This document shows positions 8,601-18,338 of a stretch of DNA of 64,000 bases, piece after piece (the first letter of the stretch is position 1; every line of letters begins with the position of its first letter). Where the stretch lies: the NCBI RefSeq assembly GCF_018350175.1, contig NC_058369.1:11534001-11598000 (forward strand), read 5' to 3'. The translations under genes and the position numbers were made by a program. This DNA is from Felis catus (taxonomy: Eukaryota). Under the pieces are notes generated by a model. That model did no database searches and was not told the DNA's origin. It saw nothing but the letters and a program-made list of their open reading frames with translations.

Positions 8601-11600
8601 GGCCAGCCTCCTGGCACCTACGGGGCACTGTTGGCGAGGTTCTGGATGACCTTGGCGACCAGTGTGAGGGCGCGGGCTGGGCCGGGTGCGGGGTGCTCTG
8701 GCGCCAGACCAAAGAGGCTGGGTGCCAGGATGGCAGGACACAGGAGCCGCAGGAAGAGAGAGGCACACACCAGCCGGGGGCCCAGTGCCTCAGAGCCACG
8801 GGCCTTGCATGCTTCTCTCCAGCCTGAGAACACAGTGCCCAGCTCTGCTGGGAACCAGCTGGGGCAGAAGAGGCAATGGTCAGAGGGGGAAGTAGGCATA
8901 AAGGTCATATTCATGTAAAAGTCCTAAGGTCAGACGTCAGGAGTCACCTACATCGTGGGTTCCAGGATTGGAGACACTGGGGATAATAACACTTGGGGGC
9001 AGGATTTATGGTGGAGGCATTGTGGTGACCTCTGGAGTCGGTAATCTTGGAGGTGGGGATACAGGTTGGCAAGGAGATATAGACCATGAGCTTGGGATGT
9101 AGCTATAACTGGATAGGAGACTGGGGTGCCAGATTACACTATATAAAGTAGAATGGGCTTGAGGTTACAGGGTAACCTAGGTTCAGAAATCACGGTATTG
9201 ATGTCCCAAGTGACATGGGACTAGACGTATGGGTTCACCTAGGGTCAGAATTCAAGGAATTGGAATCCCAGGTTTTTTGTGATCAGTTGCATGGGATTCG
9301 GGGATCAGGGTCATTTAAGGTCAAGGTCATGGGATTGGGGGGTTAGCATCACCTGGAATCAGAGGTCATGATTGAGGTCCTATGTTAACTGGGGTCAGGT
9401 GGCATGGAATTAGAGTATGGGGTCACCTGTAGCTAGAGGATAAGGAATTGGGTCCCAGGTTATTCGGGGTCAGTAACCCCAAGTTGACATGACATTGGGA
9501 ATGGGTTGTCAGATTTAGCAAATACAAGTTCAGGACAAACAGTAAACTTGAATTTCAGATTAAAAAATGCGTATTTTTTTTAGTAACAGTATGTCTCAAC
9601 TGTTGCATCACATTTAACTGGGCATCCCGTATTTTATCTGGCAACCCCAATTAGGAGTCAGGGTTATTAGCACACTGGATGAGATGTAGGGGTAGGCTCA
9701 GGTGCTGGGGCCCTGATTCTTACTTGTAGGAGTGGATGATGTTTTGGAAGACTTCCTCACAACTGTTTCGCAGTCTGGCCTGGTGCTGTGGCAGCTCTGG
9801 GGGAGGGCACTTGCTGGGGTCCACTTCACAGTCCTCAGTGGAAGCACAGAGACGCCGCACGACCTGCCCTGCAGCACAGCACAGCCAGACAGCGGCCAGG
9901 GCCGTGACCACCAGAACCCACCACACTTGGCCTCCAACTCCATGTCCAGCTTCCTCTGGAGACACCTAACATCTCTGGGGGAGCCCCCAGTTGCCTCCAG
10001 GATTTCAGCACCCCCAAAGGCACCACCCACTACCAGCATCCATGTTACCTAGAAGCTCCCAGATCTTCCTTGGGGTTCCCTAGCCTGCCCAGACAGCCTC
10101 TGACATCCACTCTCCGGCTCACCCAGAGTCTCTTGGAGGTAATCCTGTGCCACCAGCTTCATGTACTCATCGATGGCCTTGGTGGCCAATGTGTTTTCCC
10201 GGAACAGCAGCGCCTCCCGGCCTCCACTGCGCGCCAGCTCTGCGGTGCCCAGATCTGTCACCAGTGCCTGGGCACAGTGGAGTTCACGTTGCGCGGGTTG
10301 CAGACTGAGCCAGGGGGAATACGAGCCCTTGGCCAATCACTCACACCTGGGACACAGGCCCCGCCCCTCATAGGCTGCTGCTCAGGTCCGGTCCTCACTC
10401 CTAGGGCTCACGGGGCCGGAACCTCCACCCCTCGCAGCAGAAAATTAAATCTTTCAGCTCAGAGTCTCTGCTCAGGCCCCACCCCTCGCAGCTGAAGCTC
10501 AGGTCCCGCCCCTGATGGTGCCCCGCCCCTCGTCTGTGCAACTGGGGTCCTGCGCCACCTGCCCCCCTACACCCTGCTCCCCGGGGCGCGTGATCAGTCA
10601 GCCTCGGGTCACTCGCGTCCGCCCCGTCGCAGTGCCGCACCTGCGCCCGGCCGGTGGCCTGCAGCACGCGCACCATGGCAGCCGCCAGCTCCTCCTTGGC
10701 CTGGGCAGACAACGCAGGCTCCAGCGCCCCGCAGAGGCGCGCGTAGTGGAAGGTGAGGAACTCCGCCAGCTCCTTGTAGCGCTCCGACGGCAGCACGCGC
10801 AGGCGCCGCGCCCGGATCCGCGCCCGCAGCGCTGCGCCTGCTGGCGCCCCGAGCAGCGGGAACCACCGCTCCAGGCCCGCGGCGGGCGCGCGGGGGACGC
10901 CCAGCTCCTCCAGTGCCAGTGCCACGCGGCCCAGCGCCGCTCTCCCTGGGCCAGCTCCGCGCAGCCGTAACGACAGGCGACGCGCCGGAGGCAGCGCCTC
11001 GAAGTGGAAGCGCTCGGCCCAGAAGAGCTGGCCCGGGCCAGCCCGCGGCGCTGTGCGCGCCAGCAGCGCGCCGTCCAGCCACAGCTCGGCGCGCACGCCT
11101 GCTGTCCCCGCCGCCGCTCGGGGCAGCCCTTTTGCCTCGTGCACCCACACGCTCAGCCACGTCTCCTCCCTCTCCAAGTTGTCCTGCGGACGGGAGTGGG
11201 TTGGGAGGAGGCGTCGGTGCTCGACGTGGGGACCGTGCCCCCAGGGAGATCGCTGGGCCCTTGGGGGGAGACAGGGCCCACGGCGGTCTCAAGGTGGTTC
11301 TGCGAAAGCCCTCCTGCTTTTCTGGGCTCTCGCGGCGAGATCCGGACTCCAGGGTAAGGAGGAGCAGCCGCGGGGTGGGGACTTGGCGTTTGCCTGGTAG
11401 GCGGGGCTTTGGGGGCAAATAGGGCCCGGAGTGCATAGAAGGCACGCGATTTTTGTGCCAGGAGCTGGTAATGGAAGGAAGCTGGGGAGGGTCTCGGAGT
11501 GGTTGCAAAGGTGTTAGCGGGGAGGTGTATCTCAGAGGCCGCGTTAGGGCGCTGGTGAGGGGTTGGGTGGGGGGAAGGGCGGGGCCGTGGCCATGGCCGT

Positions 11601-14600
11601 GGCCGAGGGCGGGGCCTTCATGTCCCACTAATCCGTACTGACCTGGCTGGGTTGGAAGTGGCGGCGAAGGTCCTCGATCCAGCGGTCTCTCTCAGCGGCG
11701 GAGCGACAAGTAAAGCAGCGGCTCCCGCCCGCCCAAGTTACCTGTTGGGGATGAGGATCCAAGGGTTGAGGCCAAGGTGGAACCAAAGGGTCGGGGTCAG
11801 AGGGAGAGTTGTCTGCATTTACCTGGAAACAGTGAGGCTCCTCCAGGAGGCTGGGATGCAGTGGCCAGACACGCACATCCCGCTCAGCACCCAAGTCCAG
11901 CTCGGAGAGCGTGGCCAGCGATTCCCGAGAGCCCAGAGCACTGGGAGGCCTGAGGAGGGGGCGGTTGGATAAGTGGTCCTACTTCTCTCCTCCCCACCAA
12001 CCCACCCCCTACAGCCTGAAGGGTGGAGAGAGGCCAGGATGAACTTGAAACGAAATCGGACTTGAACCTAACCTTTTAGGATAAGCTCAACTCCTCATGG
12101 TGGCCTGTATGACCTCATATGGTACAGTCCTTGTCACCTTTTGACCTCATGTCCCTCCAATGAATCCCTTTCTCTGAACTCCAGTCATACTAGCCTTGTT
12201 TTTGTCACTTCGTCTGGCCCCTTGGCCTTTGCACTCCCTGCTTCCTAGCCTGGAATACTTTTCCTGCCCCTCTTGGCCTGGTTGACTTCCATCCTTCCTT
12301 CAGATCTTAGCTCATTTGTCCCTTCCCTGACACTCCCAGACCAGGGTGTTGACTTAGTTCCTGATTTAGAGTTATTGTGTCAGACTCTGCCCCCGCCCCC
12401 CTTCAGCGGAGGGGTGGTTCCTGCTGGGGTCTTTCAGTGGCTCCAGCATTGCTCAACATGCGGCGGACACAGCCGGGGCTGTATCGGGGTTTTGGTGAAG
12501 GGGGGGAATGATGCAGGTGGAGGTGGAGGGCGCAGTGTTGAATCCCAGTCCCTCCGGCCCCTCAGAGACACTTACCCATCCCGGGAGGCATTGGCTCCAA
12601 GCTCTGACCTGGCCTTTTTCTTCTCTTTCAGCCTCTTGAGCAATCCCTGTGGGAAAGGGGATATCAGGTGGGCAGAACCTTGTTCTCCCTCCTCAGCTTC
12701 TTTCCCCCCAGGGTGTCCTGGATGGTCTGCTGGTTTGCAGGGGGGACCACAAGCTCAGGCTGTATTAGCAGTAATAATAAAGGCAACCAATAGCCCCGCT
12801 TTCTAAAGCACCAATCCTAGGCTATTCTGCATTCTCTACTAACTTCTCATAAACAGCCCTGAGAGGGAGGTTCTCTCATTAGTGCCATTTGACAGATGGG
12901 GACACTGAAGCCATAGGTGGGTCAGTGACCTGCCCAAGATCACCCAGTAAGAGTCCCCTTTCATCTCTGAGGCTCTGGGAGTCTTTGCTGTCCCCTCTGC
13001 CTCCCACTGGATGCCTCACCCGAACGTTGTGGACCTGGTTGGGGCCAGCAGCCTCTGGCTCGGTCTTTCCGGGGGTCCGATCTGTAGACGGTCAGGGGTA
13101 GAAGGTTGGGGGGGTGGGATCATCTTGGATTCTGCCCCACCTTGACAGGTTCCCAAATGCCCCAGCCCTCCCCACCTCTGAAACAACTCACCTGGATCCC
13201 TGAGGCTCCCCATGGCTACCTGGATGCTGCCCCCAGAGCTAGCACTCCCCAGCCGGGGCCGGCGAGGACCCTGTTCTCCAGAAAAGTGGGTAGTGAAAAA
13301 GGGGAGCCAGGCAGGCAGACACATTTCCATTACCCTCTCCCGCCACTCTCTTCTGTCTTCTTCCCACTCTCTTCTTCCCTCCCCTTGCTCCTATGCCCCT
13401 TCTCACCTCCTCCTCACTGCCAAGCAGCACCAGCTTCCCATCAAGCAGGGTGAAGGCCCCAATGTTCCAGATGGGTACGTCAGGTGTGGGGGCCTCCGGG
13501 ATCTGTGGGGCAGGGGCCTCTGGCTCTGGCTCAGGCTCTGGGTAGAGGAGGGGGTGCCGGGGACATAGGAGTCTTTCCCTCTCCCTCAGAGTACCCTCTC
13601 CATTCATAGAGGCTCATCAGGAGGTTCCCTCCCAAGTGTCTCCTCTCCCCCTGGCCCCAGCCCACCCAGCAGCCATGTCAGGCAGTTGTTGGACAAGTTT
13701 CCACCCCTCTCTGGACCTTGTCCCTCCAGGCCATGGGTGGTGGACACATGTACCCTGTACTGTGTTTACTACTCCACACGCCTTCTCTCATTTAATCCTC
13801 CAAAAGCCATTCAAAGGGCTATTAGAACCCCCATTTTGCCAAGGAGGAAACTGAAAACCAGAGAGGTTGAGTGACTTTCCCAAGGTCACACAGCTTGTGC
13901 GTGGTTGAGCCAGGCTTCGGACACAAGCATTCTCTTAACCAAGACAGCAGGTTGATCTAGGAGGTTAAACAGCAAGCCAGCATCCTTGGTTCCTTACATA
14001 AATAACTAATATAAGGTGGAAAGCATTCAACATTTGAGAAAGGAATAGAAAAAAGATCAGGGTAGGGGGAGGTGGTGGTGCAGTGGGCCAGGAAAAGCCT
14101 CCAGAGACAGTAGGTTTTCAGCGGGTCTTGAACAGCAGGTTGGATATTGACAGAGATGGTGGCAAGAGCAGTTTGAGCAAAGGCTGGGAGATGGCAGATG
14201 CCCAGGAAAGGCAAGAAGGGCTCAGAGAGCTCAGAGGCAAGAGGGAAAGGTCCAGGAAGAGATTGGTGCAGAAACTTGGGTGCCAGTTAGAGAATTGTGG
14301 GATTTCATCCTGGGGGTAATGGGGAGCCATGGGTGGCATTTGAGCAGGGGAGAAGCAGAAGCAGTCTTGCTTGTTGGAACTCTCTCTGGATCCTATGGAG
14401 TGGGAGGTGGAAGTGATGCATCTGCAAAATGGGCATATGAAAAGAGCTTCCAGGAATAGAAGGGCTGAATTACCCCCCCCCCCAAGATTACCTGTCACCC
14501 TATGGTTTTCCCATCAGGGGAATAAATAGCTCCACTTGTTCGTAGATCACTTAGAACATACCGGGCCCTGGGCTGGTGCTACGTTCATGCTACATTCATA

Positions 14601-15627
14601 CATACATTCAATCTTCATGGCCTATCCCTTACTCTTCTAGATCCCTCTGTGTAACAGCCCAATCGCTCACTTTCTGTTTACTGTCTGTCATGCCCAGTAT
14701 ACTGTGAGCTACATGGGGCAGGCAGTTTCAAACGTTTTGTTCACTGCTGCGTCCTTAGTGACTAAATCAAGGCCTGGCATGTAGGAAATGCTTGACAGAT
14801 CTCTGTTTGAATGCATGAGTGAATGGATGAATGAATGTGAATTAAATAAAATATGCTTTAAGGTAGGGATGATGATCCCCACTTAGCTGATGGAGAAGCT
14901 GAGGTCCAAGGTGAAGGAACTTAAGATATGGAGGCCAGAGGGCTAGAGAGCAAGCAGGAGGCAGCTGAGATGATACCCAGGCAGGAGAGAATGAGCTGGG
15001 CTATTGGATATGAGGAGAGACCCATTGGGGCCAAGAGCCATTTGGTATCTGAGCAGGGCTACCCTTAGTGTAGTCCCATTCCCTTCCCCAGGATGGACCC
15101 CCAGCACGCAGGTCCCTGACCACTCCCCCCTACCCCCAGTCCCTGTGTGAGGGGGAAGAGGGAAGAGGGCAGCTGGGCCCCAGCCACTTCCTGTTGGGCT
15201 TTTGCACTCCCCACAACTTCCTGTGTCTGTAGGGCTGATGCTCCGGAGGCAGACAAAACCCAAGCATCCGGCCTCCCTCCCAGCCTGGGTGGGGGAGCCA
15301 TGTACCTGGGGCCTCCGGCTCTGGCTCTGGTTCCAGCGGTGAGCTCTTATGCCTCCCCCAGAGGGTCTTGGATAGCCGGAGGCGGCTTGTGCGTGATTCC
15401 TTGGGGGGCGCAGAGAGGACACGACGGAACAGCGAGCGAGAGGCTGGCTGACTGCTGACCACGGGCTCCTGGTGGCTTAGTGCCCTCCCCCAGCCTGCAA
15501 GTCGGCCCCAGCGGGACCCTCCAGCTACTTTCTCCCCATCACCCCCTGTGTGCCAGCGGTAGGAGGTTAGCAGGGACGAAGCTGCAGGCTGGGTTTGGGA
15601 GGCCTTGCACGGTGATGATGGGTCCAT
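5471..15627 (-). CDS. RASAL3: RAS protein activator-like 3 (PH, C2, RasGAP, coiled coil), complete spliced CDS of 17 coding exons, 3039 nt / 1012 aa
   Basis: Join on minus: 15306-15627, 13407-13537, 13192-13270, 13020-13081, 12576-12646, 11823-11949, 11643-11741, 10641-11183, 10123-10267, 9724-9868, 8622-8858, 8287-8488, 8070-8188, 6756-7146, 6312-6469, 5719-5782, 5471-5614. All introns GT-AG with consistent phases. RasGAP motifs [11 protein letters not shown] and [12 protein letters not shown] present; ends NGDTT*. Confidence 0.96.
5719..5782 (-). CDS. RASAL3: RASAL3 exon 17, [22 protein letters not shown]
   Basis: ccacag acceptor, GTGAGA donor; 64 nt, phase 2 to 0. Confidence 0.88.
6312..6469 (-). 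CDS. RASAL3: RASAL3 exon 16, coiled coil [16 protein letters not shown]...
   Basis: cccacag acceptor, GTGAAC donor; 158 nt. Confidence 0.92.
6756..7146 (-). CDS. RASAL3: RASAL3 exon 15, [18 protein letters not shown]...HRPVGK
   Basis: tcccag acceptor, GTGAGG donor; 391 nt. Confidence 0.93.
7190..8005. repeat. TGACC-rich degenerate repeat filling RASAL3 intron 14
   Basis: About 25 or more TGACC(C/T) units on plus, irregularly spaced. Confidence 0.8.
8070..8188 (-). CDS. RASAL3: RASAL3 exon 14, [19 protein letters not shown]...
   Basis: cattag acceptor, GTAACC donor; 119 nt. Confidence 0.9.
8287..8488 (-). CDS. RASAL3: RASAL3 exon 13, [16 protein letters not shown]...ELDQ
   Basis: acgcag acceptor, GTATAG donor; 202 nt. 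Confidence 0.94.
8622..8858 (-). CDS. RASAL3: RASAL3 exon 12, GAP domain with FLR motif
   Basis: [10 protein letters not shown]...[19 protein letters not shown]...KVIQNLAN; 237 nt. Confidence 0.95.
8900..9490. repeat. GGTCA-rich degenerate repeat in RASAL3 intron 11
   Basis: Repeated aggtca/gggtca/gggatt units on plus. Confidence 0.65.
9503..9647. mobile_element. MER53-like palindromic MITE (internally deleted)
   Basis: Terminal inverted repeats gggttgtcagatttagcaaata ... tattttatctggcaaccc; interior matches my recall of the MER53 consensus. Confidence 0.75.
9724..9868 (-). CDS. RASAL3: RASAL3 exon 11, [21 protein letters not shown]...
   Basis: ctgcag acceptor, GTAAGA donor; 145 nt. Confidence 0.94.
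10123..10267 (-). CDS. RASAL3: RASAL3 exon 10, arginine finger [19 protein letters not shown]
   Basis: gcccag acceptor, GTGAGC donor; 145 nt. Confidence 0.95.
10500..11350. promoter_or_regulatory. Intragenic CpG island over RASAL3 exon 9 (a second one covers about 6300-7100)
   Basis: Dense CpG extending beyond the exon borders. Confidence 0.75.
10641..11183 (-). CDS. RASAL3: RASAL3 exon 9, C2 domain and start of GAP domain
   Basis: [20 protein letters not shown]...ATGRAQ; ccgcag acceptor, GTGCGG donor; 543 nt. Confidence 0.95.
11643..11741 (-). CDS. RASAL3: RASAL3 exon 8, end of PH domain [27 protein letters not shown]
   Basis: caacag acceptor, GTCAGT donor; 99 nt. Confidence 0.94.
11823..11949 (-). 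CDS. RASAL3: RASAL3 exon 7, [42 protein letters not shown]
   Basis: cctcag acceptor, GTAAAT donor; 127 nt. Confidence 0.93.
12576..12646 (-). CDS. RASAL3: RASAL3 exon 6, [24 protein letters not shown]
   Basis: ccacag acceptor, GTAAGT donor; 71 nt. Confidence 0.9.
13020..13081 (-). CDS. RASAL3: RASAL3 exon 5, [21 protein letters not shown]
   Basis: ctacag acceptor, GTGAGG donor; 62 nt. Confidence 0.9.
13192..13270 (-). CDS. RASAL3: RASAL3 exon 4, [26 protein letters not shown]
   Basis: gaacag acceptor, GTGAGT donor; 79 nt. Confidence 0.9.
13407..13537 (-). CDS. RASAL3: RASAL3 exon 3, [44 protein letters not shown]
   Basis: acccag acceptor, GTGAGA donor; 131 nt. Confidence 0.9.
13790..13930 (-). 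mobile_element. MIR element
   Basis: catttaatcctc...cccattttgc.aaggaggaaactga...agagaggttgagtgactttcccaaggtcacacagct core. Other MIRs lie near 5120, 12880, 16700, 23330, 29860, 45990, 56680 and 61550. Confidence 0.75.
15306..15627 (-). CDS. RASAL3: RASAL3 exon 2, start codon, [14 protein letters not shown]...EPEPEAP
   Basis: Kozak gccATGG at 15627; acceptor 13 nt upstream (exon starts 15640); donor GTACAT. Confidence 0.93.
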
Positions 15628-15769
15628 GGCAGGGGTTCTCCTGGGGGACAAGAGGGTGACAGTTCTGCCCAGTGTGTTCCCACATGCTGTCCTCATCTTG
15701 GCCCCCTCCCCACTCTCAGCTCTGCCCCCAGGGAACCCCCTTGGTGGCCACATGCACTCCCTCCCTTAC

Positions 15770-15845
15770 CTTGATTTCCCGACCAGCCCCAAAATCGGCA
15801 GCCGTCTGCACCCTGCCTGGCTTCCTCCCGCTGAACGCAACTCCA
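15770..15845 (-). other. RASAL3: RASAL3 non-coding exon 1 and proximal promoter (5' end approximate)
   Basis: Strong donor AAG|GTAAGG at 15769; GAGGAAG ETS/PU.1-like site near 15821-15827; E-box CACGTG near 15844. Confidence 0.65.
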
Positions 15846-17315
15846 CGTGACCCTGTCTGTCCCACCCCACCCCACAGCCAGGCTGGGAGGGCACAGTGGG
15901 GGCAGGATGCAGGAGGAGAGGAGGTGAGAGGTGACAGAGTAGGACCCAGAATCTCTCACTGCCTGGGAGGCAGCCTCTCTGAGCCTCAGATGCCTTCTCT
16001 GCAAAATGGGTACATACTGACCAAGTGCTGGTGAGAATACGGAGCACCTGGAGGTCTCTGCTGGTCAGAGTGTAGATCAATTCACCTAAGCTGGAAAACT
16101 GGCACGATCTACTAACATTGACTATACAGCTCTCCTCTGACCCAGCAGTTGCAGTGGGAGGTATACAACCAAGAGACCGAACTACCAGTGCTGTCTGTAA
16201 TAGTCCCAGGCTGGAGGCAACTCAAGTGTCCGTCTGCTGGAGAAGGAATAAGTTGTGTCTCTTCCCACAGTGGAATACTATGCAGCAACGAAATGAACAA
16301 ACTGCTGAATGGTTGAACTTGGATGAATCACACACAGTGAAGAGTAAATACCGTGTAGTTCCTTTGACATAAAGTTGCAAGGGAGGCAAAACTATGTGCA
16401 ACAAGTCAGGATTTCGGTCTCCTTGGGAAGAGGGTAGTGGAGCATCTGGGAGTTGATTTTTTTTTTCCCCCTAATTGAGGTGAAGGTCACATAAGAAATT
16501 TAACGTGTCCCATTTCTGGAACTGGGTGCTGGTTACACTGTGTGTGTTTTTTTTTTGAAAATTTATTGAGCTGTACATTTTGGTGCACTTCCCCGTATCT
16601 CTGTTATACCTCGCTGAGTGTTTACTTGTAAAAAGAGGTGAGCAAGTGCTGTTCTGAGAAATAAATGAGTCAGCATGAGAGTCCGTCGAATCCTGGCCCA
16701 GGAGTGGGCTCCAGTGCCAGCTGGTCCTCTCACTGTGTGACCTCCAGCAAGTCACTTCCTCTCTGAGCCTCGGTTTCCTTATTTGTACAACAAGACGATA
16801 GCATTAGTTACAGAAGGTTCATAACGGGAGCCTTGGCTTATTCATTTATTCAGTAAATGCTTCCTGAATGCCTACGTAATATGCACTAGGTGCGGGAGAA
16901 GCCACAGTGAACGAAATGGATTTGGTTCTTGCCCTCCTGGAGCTCACAGTCCCATGAGGACAACAGATCCTGGATATAAACGCCAGACACTCCTAGCTGG
17001 TGGGTAGGAATTGGAGGAAAATAGACTGGAGTAGAGGCTGAGCAGAAGTGAAAAAATCCAGGAGGACCTCCCTGAAGAGGTGACACTTGGGACCCAAGGC
17101 ATAAGGAGCTGACCATGGGAAGGGCATGCCAGGTAGAAGGAACAGTTTGTGCAAAGGCAAGGGTGACCAGAATCCACAGGATGGGGTGGGTAGGATCACA
17201 TTCATGGACACGTGGCCTGGGCAGGCGTCCAGGACCCCCACGCATAGAAAGGCTCCAGACTACATTTAATGCTTTGCTGTCACTGTCTTGAAGTTCGTGC
17301 TTAAAAAAAAAAAAA

Positions 17316-17331
17316 ATTATTTTTATTTACT

Positions 17332-17383
<52 letters not shown>

Positions 17384-17508
17384 CCCAAGCAGTCTCCACA
17401 CTATCAGCACGGAGCCCGATGCGGGGCTCGAACCCACCAACTGCGAGACCATGACCTGAGCCGAAGCCAAGAGTTGGATGCCCAACCCACTGAGCCACCC
17501 AGGCACCC
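17316..17508 (-). mobile_element. Can-SINE with long (GA)n
   Basis: Reverse complement of gggtgcctgggtggctcag head, tRNA B box and (CT)n tract. Confidence 0.9.
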
Positions 17509-17789
17509 AGAACTTCCTGCTTTTTGGACAGAGCGCTCTGTATTTTCATTTTGCCCTGTGCCTCACAAATTCTGTAACCCATCCCAAGGTGCAGGATCTT
17601 CCATGAGGGCCAAAGACCCTTTTCCTGGAGCTGGACATGTGCACAGAGGTGTATACACCTTAGGTATGTCCACCTCATTCTTACTGCATTCAATCCGGTC
17701 ACTGTGCACACACTCAGAGTTTCCCCGTGTTCTGATGTGTCCCTGAGTCTTTCCCACTTCACTGAATACTGATCCACTCCCAACTGCCT

Positions 17790-18195
17790 GCATTTTTGCT
17801 GGAGATCTTTCTCTGATGTATGGCGCCCACTCTCCCTCTCTATGCAACAAGCAGCCCCAAAGTGCCAGAGAATTAATACCTCCCCAAGATTAGCCCTTAG
17901 CCAATGACTATGAGGTCTGGAGAATCAACACCCAGCTCCCTTGCCTCTTGAGTGGGACAACTCTGAGGTCCGTGTCTTGCACTGTCCCCCAGAGGTCCCT
18001 GGTGGGATTGAGCTGCATGTCCCCGTAACACCAACTTGCTTGATAATGCACCCTTTCCTGGACGCCTTCCTGCCCCTACCTCTCTTCCTGCATCCCCAAC
18101 TGATATATCCTAGGATCACCTTCACCTCCCAAGCAAACTACTTGCATTGGCATTCTTGTCTCTGGCCTGCTTCTAGGCAAACACAAATTAAAACA
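17790..18195 (+). mobile_element. LTR16-like (ERVL) solo LTR
   Basis: agccaatga, cccagctccc..gagtgggacaactctgagg, ggtgggattgagct, and the 3' end ctcccaagcaaactacttgca...ctgcttctagg...aaaaca resemble the LTR16 consensus. Confidence 0.65.
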
Positions 18196-18248
18196 ATGTG
18201 TGTGAACATGGATGATGCACAGGCACGGGCTTTCTTTCCACTGTCTTT

Positions 18249-18338
18249 TTATTGGAGGTCTGAGGCTGGCAGGATCATTGGAGGTGGCTTCCTTCTGGAT
18301 CTTCTAGAAGCCCTCCTGGCTGTTCTGGGTTTCACATT
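18249..18338 (-). CDS. PGLYRP2: PGLYRP2 exon 5, NVKPRTARRASRRSRRKPPPMILPASDLQ*
   Basis: ttttctag acceptor; TAA at 18251-18249; matches the recalled human C-terminus ...PATDLQ. Confidence 0.88.
   Translation of the reverse strand, partial: NVKPRTARRASRRSRRKPPPMILPASDLQ

Noticed and set aside
10609..11628. 339-aa ORF overlapping RASAL3 exon 9 in another frame
   Set aside because: It starts in an intron and runs through a CpG island; there is no sign of coding constraint.
15628..15753. 42-aa in-frame N-terminal extension of RASAL3
   Set aside because: Most of it is intron 1 (acceptor at 15641); the real start is gccATGG at 15627.
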